Shown in pieces: positions 1 to 7,963 of a stretch of DNA of 64,000 bases (position 1 is the stretch's first letter; every line of letters starts with the position of its first letter). Source of the DNA: Longimicrobiales bacterium (GTDB lineage: Bacteria; Gemmatimonadota; Gemmatimonadetes; Longimicrobiales; RSA9); contig DASUXU010000014.1 of assembly GCA_036377735.1 (NCBI GenBank), positions 6,410 to 70,409 of the forward strand, in the 5' to 3' direction. The notes under the pieces were generated by a model, which was not told where the DNA came from, did not search any database, and worked only from the letters and a program-made list of their open reading frames with translations. Both the position numbers and the translations under genes were made by a program.

Positions 1-199
1 GCGTCTGCGTCTGCGACTCCATCTTCGACGCCTGGTCCACCGTCGCCACCAGATTGGGGATCAGGTCGTTGCGACGCTGCAGCTCCGCCTCGATGTTACC
101 GCTCATCTGGTTCGTCTGCTCGTCGAGCTCCTGGATGCGGTTGTAGCCGCAGCCGGACAGCACGAGGATCGCCGGCAGAATCAGGTACCGTGCTTTCAT
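1..199 (-). CDS. LemA family lipoprotein (N-terminal part only; gene runs off the left edge)
   Basis: It is absent from the ORF track because it is truncated by the window edge. The reverse complement of 1..199 reads MKARYLILPAILVLSGCGYNRIQELDEQTNQMSGNIEAELQRRNDLIPNLVATVDQASKMESQTQT. It has the lipobox LSGC and the LemA-typical QRRxDLIPNLV motif. GGGAGG lies 7 nt upstream of the ATG at 199. Confidence 0.7.
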   Translation of the reverse strand, partial: MKARYLILPAILVLSGCGYNRIQELDEQTNQMSGNIEAELQRRNDLIPNLVATVDQASKMESQTQT

Positions 200-203
200 G
201 GAA

Positions 204-914
204 CTACCTCCCGAAGGTGTCTATGAATTTCACCAGCGTTTCCGTCGACGAGTTGAATGCGTCGATGCGGGGGTCCGACAGCGGAATCGTCACCTTTGCC
301 CCGGTGCGATGCGCTTCCAGCAGCGGCAGCAGCTCTGTCACGTCCGCGCCCGTCAGCTCACCTGCCGCCCTGAGCACGCTCACACTGTCCATTGGCACTT
401 CACGACGTGCCAGCCGCAGCGCAGTCCTGAAGTAGGTGACGATAGACGGCATCATGCCGCTCAGGATGGTCCCCACCTCGTCCGGCTTCTCCGTGACGAG
501 CAGCGCGAGATAGATCTGGAGGAGCTTGCCGCGCAGCTCGCGCTCGGCCTGGAGGCGCAGGATTGGCAGTGCGATCTCGAGGTTCGCGAGCGGGTCTTCA
601 CCGCGCAGTGCGACGTGAGCGTCATGCATGTCGGCGATTTCGATCGCGAAGACGTCCGTGGCGCGCCGCCACTCGGCTGCCTCGACCACGACCGGATGGA
701 CGCCCTGCCGCACATACTTCCGGACCACGGGCGATGCCGCGCCGAGGCTCGCGCCGCTGATGTCGTCGATGAGCACGAGCACATTGATGTCGCTCCTGCC
801 CTCCACGTACTCGCCGCGCGCGGCCGAGCCGTAGAGCAGCGCACCGTTCAGGCGGGGACCGAGTGCCGCCGCGAGCTCACTGGCGAACTGCGTCGCCGTC
901 TCCTGTGCTTTCAC
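204..914 (-). CDS. Nucleotidyltransferase-domain protein (Pol-beta superfamily, ANT/KNTase-like two-domain layout)
   Basis: The GTG start at 914 is preceded by GGAGG. The minimal NTase motif is YGSAARGE..GRSDINVLVL (G-S ... D-x-D), followed by a helical C-terminal domain of about 130 aa. The stop at 204 lies 4 nt from the LemA start. Confidence 0.7.
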   Translation of the reverse strand: MKAQETATQFASELAAALGPRLNGALLYGSAARGEYVEGRSDINVLVLIDDISGASLGAASPVVRKYVRQGVHPVVVEAAEWRRATDVFAIEIADMHDAHVALRGEDPLANLEIALPILRLQAERELRGKLLQIYLALLVTEKPDEVGTILSGMMPSIVTYFRTALRLARREVPMDSVSVLRAAGELTGADVTELLPLLEAHRTGAKVTIPLSDPRIDAFNSSTETLVKFIDTFGR

Positions 915-923
915 CAGACCTCC

Positions 924-1808
924 TTACCAGCTGCGTCCTGCGCCGCCGCCGCCGAAGCCGCCGCCGCCGCCAAATCCACCAAAACCGCCGCCGCCACCGT
1001 GGCCGCCGCCAAAGCCGCCGCCGCCGAAGCCGCCCCGTCCGCCGAGCGCGCTCCCAATGATGAAGGGGAGCAGCACGTCCATGCTACCACCACCGCCACG
1101 CCGGCCTCTGCCGCCACGTCCGCCCCGCCCACCCCGGCCGCCGAGAATCGCCATCAGGATGAAAAACACGACGATGTAGATCAGGAATGAGCCGCCGCCC
1201 CGGCCGCCGGGCGCCCGCTGCGGCTGCTGAACCTGCGGCCGCGGCGGAACATCTCCGGAAAGCTCGAAGCCGTAGCGTTCGGAGTACTCGTGCGCCAGCG
1301 CGATCACGCCCGCCTCGATACCCGCACCGTAATCGTTTGCGCGGAACTGCGGCACGACGTACGTGTCGAGGATGCCGCCGGCTTCCGCGGCGGTGATGAA
1401 GGTATTGGTGCCGAGGCCGGTCGCGATGTAGACATCGCGCTCTTGAGGCGCGACGAGAAAGACCAGGCCGGTATTGCGCGCGGGATCACCGGGCTTGCCG
1501 GCCGCTCCGATCTTCCACTCCCTGCCAATCAGGCGGGCTGTCTCCTCGGCAGGCCGACCGTCGAGCGATGGCAGCGTGACCACCACCAGCTCGCCGCCCG
1601 ACTTCGTTCGGACCTCGTCGATGATGCGCGTGATGGACGCTTCGCGCTCGGGCGTAATGATGTTGGCGAAGTCGTTGACGTAGCCGGTCGGCTGCGGGAA
1701 ACGCTGGGCGTGCGCAGGCCTGAAGACTGCACTCGAGGCCAGCGCCGAGGCTGTCAGGAGGAACGCGCGGAGAGCCGACTTCGCTCGAAATGGCATGCGT
1801 GATGGCAT
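924..1808 (-). CDS. TPM-domain (YgcG-like) protein with TM anchor and Gly-rich tail
   Basis: It has a signal peptide (..RPAHA-Q), a TPM-type core (YVNDFANIITPEREA..ELVVVTLPSL) and a TM segment (FLIYIVVFFILMAILGG). The tail is a GGFGGGG low-complexity stretch. Confidence 0.8.
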   Translation of the reverse strand: MPSRMPFRAKSALRAFLLTASALASSAVFRPAHAQRFPQPTGYVNDFANIITPEREASITRIIDEVRTKSGGELVVVTLPSLDGRPAEETARLIGREWKIGAAGKPGDPARNTGLVFLVAPQERDVYIATGLGTNTFITAAEAGGILDTYVVPQFRANDYGAGIEAGVIALAHEYSERYGFELSGDVPPRPQVQQPQRAPGGRGGGSFLIYIVVFFILMAILGGRGGRGGRGGRGRRGGGGSMDVLLPFIIGSALGGRGGFGGGGFGGGHGGGGGFGGFGGGGGFGGGGAGRSW

Positions 1809-1837
1809 GCGGCCGGTCAGAGCAAGTCGGGTGCCGT

Positions 1838-3496
1838 TCAGCTCGCCTTCTTCTTCCGCTTCTCGCCGCGCGCTGCCTCGAGGACACGCTCCGTGTCGAG
1901 GCGGTCGTTGCCGCAGTGCGCGACGTATTCCTCGTATGTCCCCTGGTAGTCCACGATGCCGCCCGGCTCGATGTCCACGATGCGCGTGGCGAGCTGGTTG
2001 ATGAACCAGCGGTCGTGCGAGACCAGGATCAAAGTGCCCGTGAACGCCTTGAGTCCTTCGACGAGCGCCTCGATGGACTCTAGATCGAGATGGTTGGTCG
2101 GCTCGTCGAGCACGAGTACGTTCGGCTTTTCGATCGCAATACGCGTGAAGACCAGTCGCGCCGCTTCACCGCCGGACAGCGCGCTCAGCTTCTTCTTCGG
2201 ATCGTCGCCGGTGAACAGCATCATCGCCATCTGGCCGCGCACGTAACCCACGCCCTTGTCCGGCGCGAACTGCGTCACCCACTCCTCGGCGGTGCCGTCC
2301 TCGTTCTCGAGATCCTCGTGGTGGTCCTGCGCGAAGTATCCGACATGGGTCTCGTAGCCCCACTCCACTTCCCCATCGTCCTGCGTCGTGACGCCCATGG
2401 CGATCTTGAGCAGCGTCGACTTGCCGATGCCGTTCGGGCCCATGATGGCGAGGCGGTCGCCGCGCTGTACCAGCAGGTCGACGCCGTGCAGCACTTCCTT
2501 TTCGCCGTACGACTTCCGGATGCCCTTCAGCCTGAGAACATCGCGCCCGCTGTGGCGGTGCTCGACCAGCTTGAACGTGGGATAGCGCCGCGAGGTCTGT
2601 GGCAGCGTCTCCATCTCCGCGACCTTCTTCTCGACCTGCTTCAGCTTGCTCTGCGCCTGCCTCGCCTTGCTCGCCTTGGCCTTGAAGCGGTTCACGAACT
2701 CCATCTGCTGCTCGATCTCCTGCTCGCGGCCCGCGATGTCCTTCTCCTTACGCTCGCGCTCCGCCTGCTTCAGCTCCACGAACTTCGTGTAGTTGCCCGT
2801 ATACTTCGTCACCTGCTGATAGTCCACGTCCAGGATGTGCGTTGCGACGCCGTCCAGGAACGAGTGGTCGTGCGAGATGACGAGCACCGGACCGGTGAAC
2901 TCGCGGATGAAGCCTTCCAGCCATGCGATCGACAGGATGTCGAGATGGTTGGTCGGCTCGTCGAGCATCAGGATATCGGGGTTGCTGGCGAGCACCTGCG
3001 CCAGGAGCACGCGCAGCTTGAAGCCGCCGGACAGCGTGGAAAGCGGCTGGCGGTGGATCCGGGTCGGCAGACCGAGCCCCTCGAGGATCGTGGCTGCGCG
3101 GGCTTCGGCCGTGTAGCCGTCGTGGCGCGCGAAGGTCTCCTCGAGCTGCTGGTAGCGCTCCGCATCGAAGTGCTCGTGGGCATTCGCCAGGAGCGCGTCC
3201 CGCTCGACCATGGCCTCCCACAGCTCCGGATTGCCCATGAGCGTCACACTCAGGATCTGCTGGTCCTCGTAGAGGAACTGGTCCTGGCGCAGCACGCCGA
3301 CGCGCGCACGCTTCGGTATGGACACGGACCCCTCGCTCGCCTCCTCGTGGCCGGTCATAATGTTGAGGAGCGTTGTCTTCCCGGAGCCGTTGGCGCCAAT
3401 GAGGCCGTAGCGCTCCCCCGCATTGAGCTGGAACGAGACATCGGCGAAAAGGACGCGATCGCCGTAATATTTGGTCAGGCCGGAAACTGATATCAT
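1838..3496 (-). CDS. ABC-F family ATPase (YbiT/Uup-like, no membrane domain)
   Basis: It carries two cassettes, with Walker A motifs GANGSGKTT and GPNGIGKST and signatures LSGGFKLR and LSGGEAAR, joined by a charged inter-domain linker. I rejected the 62-aa N-terminal extension in the track ORF. The ATG at 3496 gives MISVSGLTKYYG, a typical ABC N-terminus. Confidence 0.9.
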   Translation of the reverse strand: MISVSGLTKYYGDRVLFADVSFQLNAGERYGLIGANGSGKTTLLNIMTGHEEASEGSVSIPKRARVGVLRQDQFLYEDQQILSVTLMGNPELWEAMVERDALLANAHEHFDAERYQQLEETFARHDGYTAEARAATILEGLGLPTRIHRQPLSTLSGGFKLRVLLAQVLASNPDILMLDEPTNHLDILSIAWLEGFIREFTGPVLVISHDHSFLDGVATHILDVDYQQVTKYTGNYTKFVELKQAERERKEKDIAGREQEIEQQMEFVNRFKAKASKARQAQSKLKQVEKKVAEMETLPQTSRRYPTFKLVEHRHSGRDVLRLKGIRKSYGEKEVLHGVDLLVQRGDRLAIMGPNGIGKSTLLKIAMGVTTQDDGEVEWGYETHVGYFAQDHHEDLENEDGTAEEWVTQFAPDKGVGYVRGQMAMMLFTGDDPKKKLSALSGGEAARLVFTRIAIEKPNVLVLDEPTNHLDLESIEALVEGLKAFTGTLILVSHDRWFINQLATRIVDIEPGGIVDYQGTYEEYVAHCGNDRLDTERVLEAARGEKRKKKAS

Positions 3497-3528
3497 AGCC
3501 GGCAAATCTAGCGGGAATCGGAGTTCCA

Positions 3529-5475
3529 TTGAACCCGGAAACAGCGCTTCAGGAAGACGGCGAGGCGAAGTACTACCTGCGGGTGACGCTGGTTGTGGGC
3601 GTAGCCCTGGCGGTTGGCGCGCTTCTCCAGTGGCGCGTGCCCGGCGCCCTGCCATGGCGCCATGCCCCATATCTCGTCGCATACCTCGCAGGCGGATACA
3701 GGATCGCGCTGGACAGCTGGACCGAGCTCCGGCACCGGCGTCTCAGCATCGACTTCCTCATGGGCGCCGCGGCCGTCGGCGCCGCGCTCGTCGGCAGCCC
3801 GCTCGAGGGCGTAATCCTGATCTTCCTGTTCAGCCTGTCCAAGGCGCTGGAAGCCTACGCGATGGGCCGCACGCGGCACGCGATCGCCCGTCTCATGGAC
3901 CTGGCGCCCGCGGAGGCCACCCTGAGCGATGAGCAGGGGCGCGCGCTGCGGAAGGTGCCCGTCTCCGAGCTCGAGCCCGGTCAGCTTATTCTCATCCGAC
4001 CCGGCGAGCGGCTGGCCGCGGACGGGTCCGTGAAGTCCGGCCGTTCCGAGGTCGACCAGTCGGCAATCACCGGTGAGTCGGTGCCGGTGCGGAAGGTTTC
4101 AGGCGACGATGTCTTTGCCGGCACCATCAACCAGGGCGGCTCCCTGGTCGTGGCCGTTTCCCGCCACGCGGGCGAGACCATGCTCGCGAAGATCGTACGG
4201 CTGGTCGAGGAAGCGAGAGAGGAGCGCGCACCCGCGCAGCATTTCGTCGATCGCTACGCACACCCGTATACGCTGGCTGTCCTCGGCGCGACCATCCTTG
4301 CCGCTGTCCTGCCTCCAGTCCTGTTCGGCACCGCGTGGAATGCAGCGTTTTACCGCGCGATGACACTGCTCGTGGTCGCGAGTCCCTGCGCCCTCGTGAT
4401 CTCCACACCATCCGCGATCCTGTCCGGCATCGCGAACGGTGCGCGCCATGGCATTCTCTTCAAGGGCGGCGCATTCCTCGACCTGGCCGGCACCATCGAC
4501 ACGATTGCGTTCGACAAGACCGGAACGCTCACGCTCGGTCGGCCGGAGCTCATGGACGTCGTGCTGGCGGATGGCGGCGAGGAGAACGAGATCGTCCGGC
4601 TCGCAGCAGCGGTCGAGCAGGCGTCCGAGCACCACCTCGCTCGTGCAGTCGCGAGCGCGGCGCAGGCGCGCGGCATCGAGATCCCGTTCGCGGAGGGTTT
4701 CTCGTCGCGCGCCGGCGAGGGTGTGGAGGGCGAGCTGGACGGAGTGATGGTCTGGGTTGGCAATGTGCACATGGTCGAACGCCATCAATCGTCGGTACCA
4801 CCGATCGTGCAGGGCTGGACGGCGCAGCAGACGCTGCTCGGCAGGTCCGTCGTCTATGTCGGCAGCGGTGCGGCGTTGCGCGGCGCGATGTCGTTCGGCG
4901 ACACGCTCAAACCCGGCGTTGCCGCCGCCATCCGGCATCTCAAGTATGAGGGCGTGCGCTGGATCACGGTGCTGTCTGGCGACCATCCGGAGGCGGTGCG
5001 CGCCATTGCCGCCGAGATTGGCGCGGATGAGGTACGTGCGGGACTGCTACCGCACGAAAAAGTGGAAGCGCTGCGCGTGCTGCGCGCGAGCTCGAAGGGC
5101 GTCGCCATGGTTGGGGACGGCGTGAATGACGCACCAGCCATGGCCGCATCCACGCTCGGCATCGCCATGGGCGCCATCGGCACGGATGTCGCCATCGAGA
5201 CCGCGGACGTCGTGCTGATGAGTGATGACGTGGGCAAGGTGGATTACGTGATCCATCTCGGAAAGCGAGCGCGGCGGGTGGTGCGTCAGAACGTCTTCTT
5301 CAGTATCGGCTGGATGCTGCTGCTCGTGGTGCTGGCAATTACCATCGGCATACCACTGCCACTCGCCGTAGTCGGTCACGAGGGCAGCACCCTGCTGGTT
5401 GCCGCGAACGGCCTGCGTCTGCTCGGCGGCAAGCCCCACCCGCCCATTGTGCCCGCCGGGCGACGGGCGGGCTGA
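3529..5475 (+). CDS. Heavy-metal P-type ATPase, P1B-4 subtype (Co/Ni/Zn-type exporter), no N-terminal metal-binding domain
   Basis: The motifs seen are TGES, DKTGT and GDGVNDAPA. The TM metal site is SPC (VVASPCALV) together with HEGST in the last helix, which is the P1B-4 signature. There is no Cys or HMA domain in the first 60 aa. The start is uncertain because it lies only 32 nt from the divergent ABC-F start. Confidence 0.88.
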   Translation: MNPETALQEDGEAKYYLRVTLVVGVALAVGALLQWRVPGALPWRHAPYLVAYLAGGYRIALDSWTELRHRRLSIDFLMGAAAVGAALVGSPLEGVILIFLFSLSKALEAYAMGRTRHAIARLMDLAPAEATLSDEQGRALRKVPVSELEPGQLILIRPGERLAADGSVKSGRSEVDQSAITGESVPVRKVSGDDVFAGTINQGGSLVVAVSRHAGETMLAKIVRLVEEAREERAPAQHFVDRYAHPYTLAVLGATILAAVLPPVLFGTAWNAAFYRAMTLLVVASPCALVISTPSAILSGIANGARHGILFKGGAFLDLAGTIDTIAFDKTGTLTLGRPELMDVVLADGGEENEIVRLAAAVEQASEHHLARAVASAAQARGIEIPFAEGFSSRAGEGVEGELDGVMVWVGNVHMVERHQSSVPPIVQGWTAQQTLLGRSVVYVGSGAALRGAMSFGDTLKPGVAAAIRHLKYEGVRWITVLSGDHPEAVRAIAAEIGADEVRAGLLPHEKVEALRVLRASSKGVAMVGDGVNDAPAMAASTLGIAMGAIGTDVAIETADVVLMSDDVGKVDYVIHLGKRARRVVRQNVFFSIGWMLLLVVLAITIGIPLPLAVVGHEGSTLLVAANGLRLLGGKPHPPIVPAGRRAG

Positions 5476-5488
5476 GTCGAACGCGCCT

Positions 5489-6373
5489 TCAGTCCTTCAG
5501 CGACGGCGGGATCAGCAGAACGGGACACGCAGCAGCGCGTGCGACGGCGGACGCGACACTGCCGACAAGCGCGCGTTTGATGAGACCGTAGCCGTGGGTG
5601 CCGAGGACCACGAGATCGACCTTTTCCTCGACGATGACCTGGTTGATCACGGCTGCGGGTGTGTCGCCCCACCGCACTTCTTCCCGGAGATTTACACGCT
5701 CCGCGCCCGCGACGTCCGCAATCGTGTCGCGCACCTCGCCGTGCAGATCCTGGCCGATGACGCCTTCCAGGTCCCCCGAATCCAGCACCTGCGGTATCAC
5801 GTGCAGCACCACGAGCTCCTGGACATCCTGGTCTGCAGCGGGCAGTGACTGCTGCCACTCGAGAGCAAGGTGGAGTGCACCCAGGGCCGGCTCGGACAGG
5901 TCCAGCGGGACGAGCACCCTGCGGAGCGGCAGCGAGAGCGGTGCACGCGCGATCAGCACCGGCACGTCTGCAGTCCTGACGACACGGTCTGCGGTGCTCC
6001 CCAGGAATGGGACCGTGCCGGGCTTTCCGCGGTGCGGCCCCATCACGATGATGTCCGCCTTCACAGCAGCGGCCTGCTCGAGGATCGCCTTGTGTGCGAC
6101 GTAGACCACGACCTCGCAGCTGCTCAGCTTAACTCCCTGCCGCACCGTGCGGGCGACCTGTTCGTCGAGCCGCCTGCGAGCGGCTTCCACCATGTCCGCG
6201 AACGTCAGGCCCACCCGCTTCTGCTCTGTCGGCGAAACCGCGGGGAAGTCGAATGAATGGATCGCGTGGAGTTCGGCGCCGGTCAGTGCGGCAAGCGCAG
6301 CAGCCGTGCGCATGACCTCATCGGAGTCAGCGCTGGCATCGGTTGCGACCAGGATCGATTTGACGGACCTCAT
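5489..6373 (-). CDS. Universal stress protein, tandem UspA domains
   Basis: It contains two USP repeats (ILVATDAS.. and VLVPLDLS..), each ending in a GxxG..G(9)-type ATP-binding stretch (VMGPHRG / VLGTHGYG..GSV). Confidence 0.85.
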   Translation of the reverse strand: MRSVKSILVATDASADSDEVMRTAAALAALTGAELHAIHSFDFPAVSPTEQKRVGLTFADMVEAARRRLDEQVARTVRQGVKLSSCEVVVYVAHKAILEQAAAVKADIIVMGPHRGKPGTVPFLGSTADRVVRTADVPVLIARAPLSLPLRRVLVPLDLSEPALGALHLALEWQQSLPAADQDVQELVVLHVIPQVLDSGDLEGVIGQDLHGEVRDTIADVAGAERVNLREEVRWGDTPAAVINQVIVEEKVDLVVLGTHGYGLIKRALVGSVASAVARAAACPVLLIPPSLKD

Positions 6374-6482
6374 TGCGGCACCTGCCCAACGGGTGAGTGG
6401 GATGATCGCCGCAATCTACCACGTCCCTCAATGCACCGCACAACCCGCCCCGATACCCGCCGGCGGCCCCGATCTTGTACGG

Positions 6483-7715
6483 ATGGTCCACATGGCTGAC
6501 AACGTTACCGCCGTCTTCGGACAGCACGAACCCAATACCCTGGCTCAACTCGAGGACGTCGCATCGCGGGCGGTGCGCGCGGCGCTCATGGCGGACGGCC
6601 ACCAGGGCTATGTCATGCCCATCGGTGGTGTGGCGGCATACCGCAACAGCGCGAGCGTGGTAGGCGTTGGCTTCGACATCGCCTGCGGCAATGCCGCCAT
6701 CCGCACAGACCTCACGCTGGACCATCTCCTGTCGAAGGACCTGGACGCCGTCGCCAGCCAGATACAGCGCTCGGTCAGTTTCGGCGTGGGCCGGACGAAC
6801 GCAAATCGGGACGCCCCCGTCGACCATCCACTCTTCGAGAGCGCCGCCTGGGACGCGATCCCGGGCGCGCACCGCAGTGCGCTCAGGGACAAGGCGCGTG
6901 AGCAGCTCGGAACGGTCGGATCCGGCAACCACTATGTCGATGTGTTCGCGGACGAGAACGACGCTGTCTGGGTCGGTGTTCACTTCGGTTCGCGTGGCCT
7001 GGGTCACACCATCGCGTCCGGGTTCCTCGCACTCTCGCAGAATGAGAAGTGGGGCGCGCGCGCGAAGGAAGCTGAAATTCTGCTGCCGCTCGACGCACCG
7101 ATCGGTCATGACTACTGGACCCTCATGAACCTCGCCGGCGACTACGCGTATGCAGGGCGCGAATGGGTCGCGCGCAAAGTGGTTTCCATCCTCGGCGGTA
7201 CCGAGCAGGAGCTCGTTCACAATCACCACAATTTCGCGTGGCGCGAGCAGCATGACGGTGAGGACCTCATCGTAATCCGGAAGGGTGCAACGCCGGCGTT
7301 CCCAGGTCAGAAGGGGTTCATCGGTGGCAGCATGGGAGACGACGCCGTCATCGTCGAAGGAACAGTCGATTCATCCGAAGAAACCTCGGATCTGCAGCAG
7401 CGCGCGATGTATTCGACGGTGCACGGTGCCGGTCGCGTGATGAGCCGCACCGAAGCGGGTGGCAAGTACAAGGGCTGGGGCCGCAAACGCACACTGGTGC
7501 GTCCGGGCAGGGTGTCGCCCGGGATGATGCGGGACTGGGTAGAGCGTAAAGGCGTGATCCTGCGCGGCGGCGGCCTGGACGAAAGCCCGCATGCCTACCG
7601 CCGCCTCCCCGCCGTGCTCGCGGCGCAGGGCGACACCATCCGCGTCCTGCACACGCTCCGCCCGCTCATCGTCGTGATGGCGGGCGAGAACGAGTTCGAT
7701 CCCTACAAGGACTGA
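6483..7715 (+). CDS. rtcB: RNA-splicing ligase RtcB (3'-phosphate/5'-OH RNA ligase)
   Basis: RtcB motifs are present: MADGHQGYVMPIGGV, GFDIACG, GSGNHY, HFGSRGLGH, HNHHN, RKGA, GGSMG and VHGAGR. The track ORF starting at 6147 overlaps the USP gene. The in-frame ATG at 6483 (or 6492) gives the family-typical length of about 410 aa. Confidence 0.9.
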   Translation: MVHMADNVTAVFGQHEPNTLAQLEDVASRAVRAALMADGHQGYVMPIGGVAAYRNSASVVGVGFDIACGNAAIRTDLTLDHLLSKDLDAVASQIQRSVSFGVGRTNANRDAPVDHPLFESAAWDAIPGAHRSALRDKAREQLGTVGSGNHYVDVFADENDAVWVGVHFGSRGLGHTIASGFLALSQNEKWGARAKEAEILLPLDAPIGHDYWTLMNLAGDYAYAGREWVARKVVSILGGTEQELVHNHHNFAWREQHDGEDLIVIRKGATPAFPGQKGFIGGSMGDDAVIVEGTVDSSEETSDLQQRAMYSTVHGAGRVMSRTEAGGKYKGWGRKRTLVRPGRVSPGMMRDWVERKGVILRGGGLDESPHAYRRLPAVLAAQGDTIRVLHTLRPLIVVMAGENEFDPYKD

Positions 7716-7963
7716 TCGTCTGGATCAGGCTCGGCGCGGGTGACGATGACGCGCCAGGTCTCGGGGCCCTGCTCCAGGTAGTCGAACGTGAAGCCGGTGT
7801 CGCCGCGGGTCGCGCGCAGTGTGTAGTACATGCACTGCGGATCGTGATCGACGGTAAGCTGCATCGACTCTCCTACGGCAAGCGCCTCGTAGGCGCCCAT
7901 GATCATGTCATAGCGGTCCTTCGGCGGGACCGGTCGGACATCCACATCTGTCATTGTCGGCAT
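7703..7963 (-). CDS. DUF2249 domain protein
   Basis: It shows the canonical DUF2249 pattern VRPVPPKDRYDMI..LTVDHDPQCMYY..FDYLEQGPETWRVIVTR. Its ATG at 7963 directly abuts the stop (7964-7966) of the upstream gene. Confidence 0.78.
   Translation of the reverse strand: MPTMTDVDVRPVPPKDRYDMIMGAYEALAVGESMQLTVDHDPQCMYYTLRATRGDTGFTFDYLEQGPETWRVIVTRAEPDPDDQSL

Noticed and set aside
204-914. The NTase as the antitoxin half of an MNT-HEPN toxin-antitoxin or defence pair.
   Set aside because: There is no separate HEPN (R-x4-6-H) gene adjacent. The C-terminal helical domain is fused rather than separate, and I saw no clear RxxxxH motif. The flanking genes are TPM and LemA.
930-1150. A highly repetitive GCC/GCG/CCG-rich DNA that looks like a tandem repeat or possible array.
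   Set aside because: It encodes the Gly-rich (GGFGGGG) C-terminal tail of the TPM/YgcG-like protein on the minus strand. It has no spacer-repeat periodicity and is not a CRISPR array or a VNTR outside coding sequence.
3529-5475. The P-type ATPase as a CopA-type copper exporter partnering the copper operon at 17.9-22.7 kb.
   Set aside because: The transmembrane motif is SPC with HEGST (P1B-4), not CPC with YN/MxxSS (P1B-1). It has no HMA domains and lies 12 kb from the copper genes.
6374-6482. A sigma-54 (-24/-12) promoter upstream of rtcB, as in RtcR-controlled rtcBA operons.
   Set aside because: The only GGCA..GC-like string (around 6372-6390, minus strand) has the wrong GG-to-GC spacing. 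It would also point into the USP start codon. No RtcR gene is present.
6483-7715. An RtcB-PrfH type ribosome/RNA rescue module, since a release-factor gene is present in the window.
   Set aside because: The release-factor gene at 61777-62884 is canonical prfB, with the RF2 frameshift cassette and GGQ motif. It lies 54 kb away. No prfH-like gene is adjacent to rtcB.
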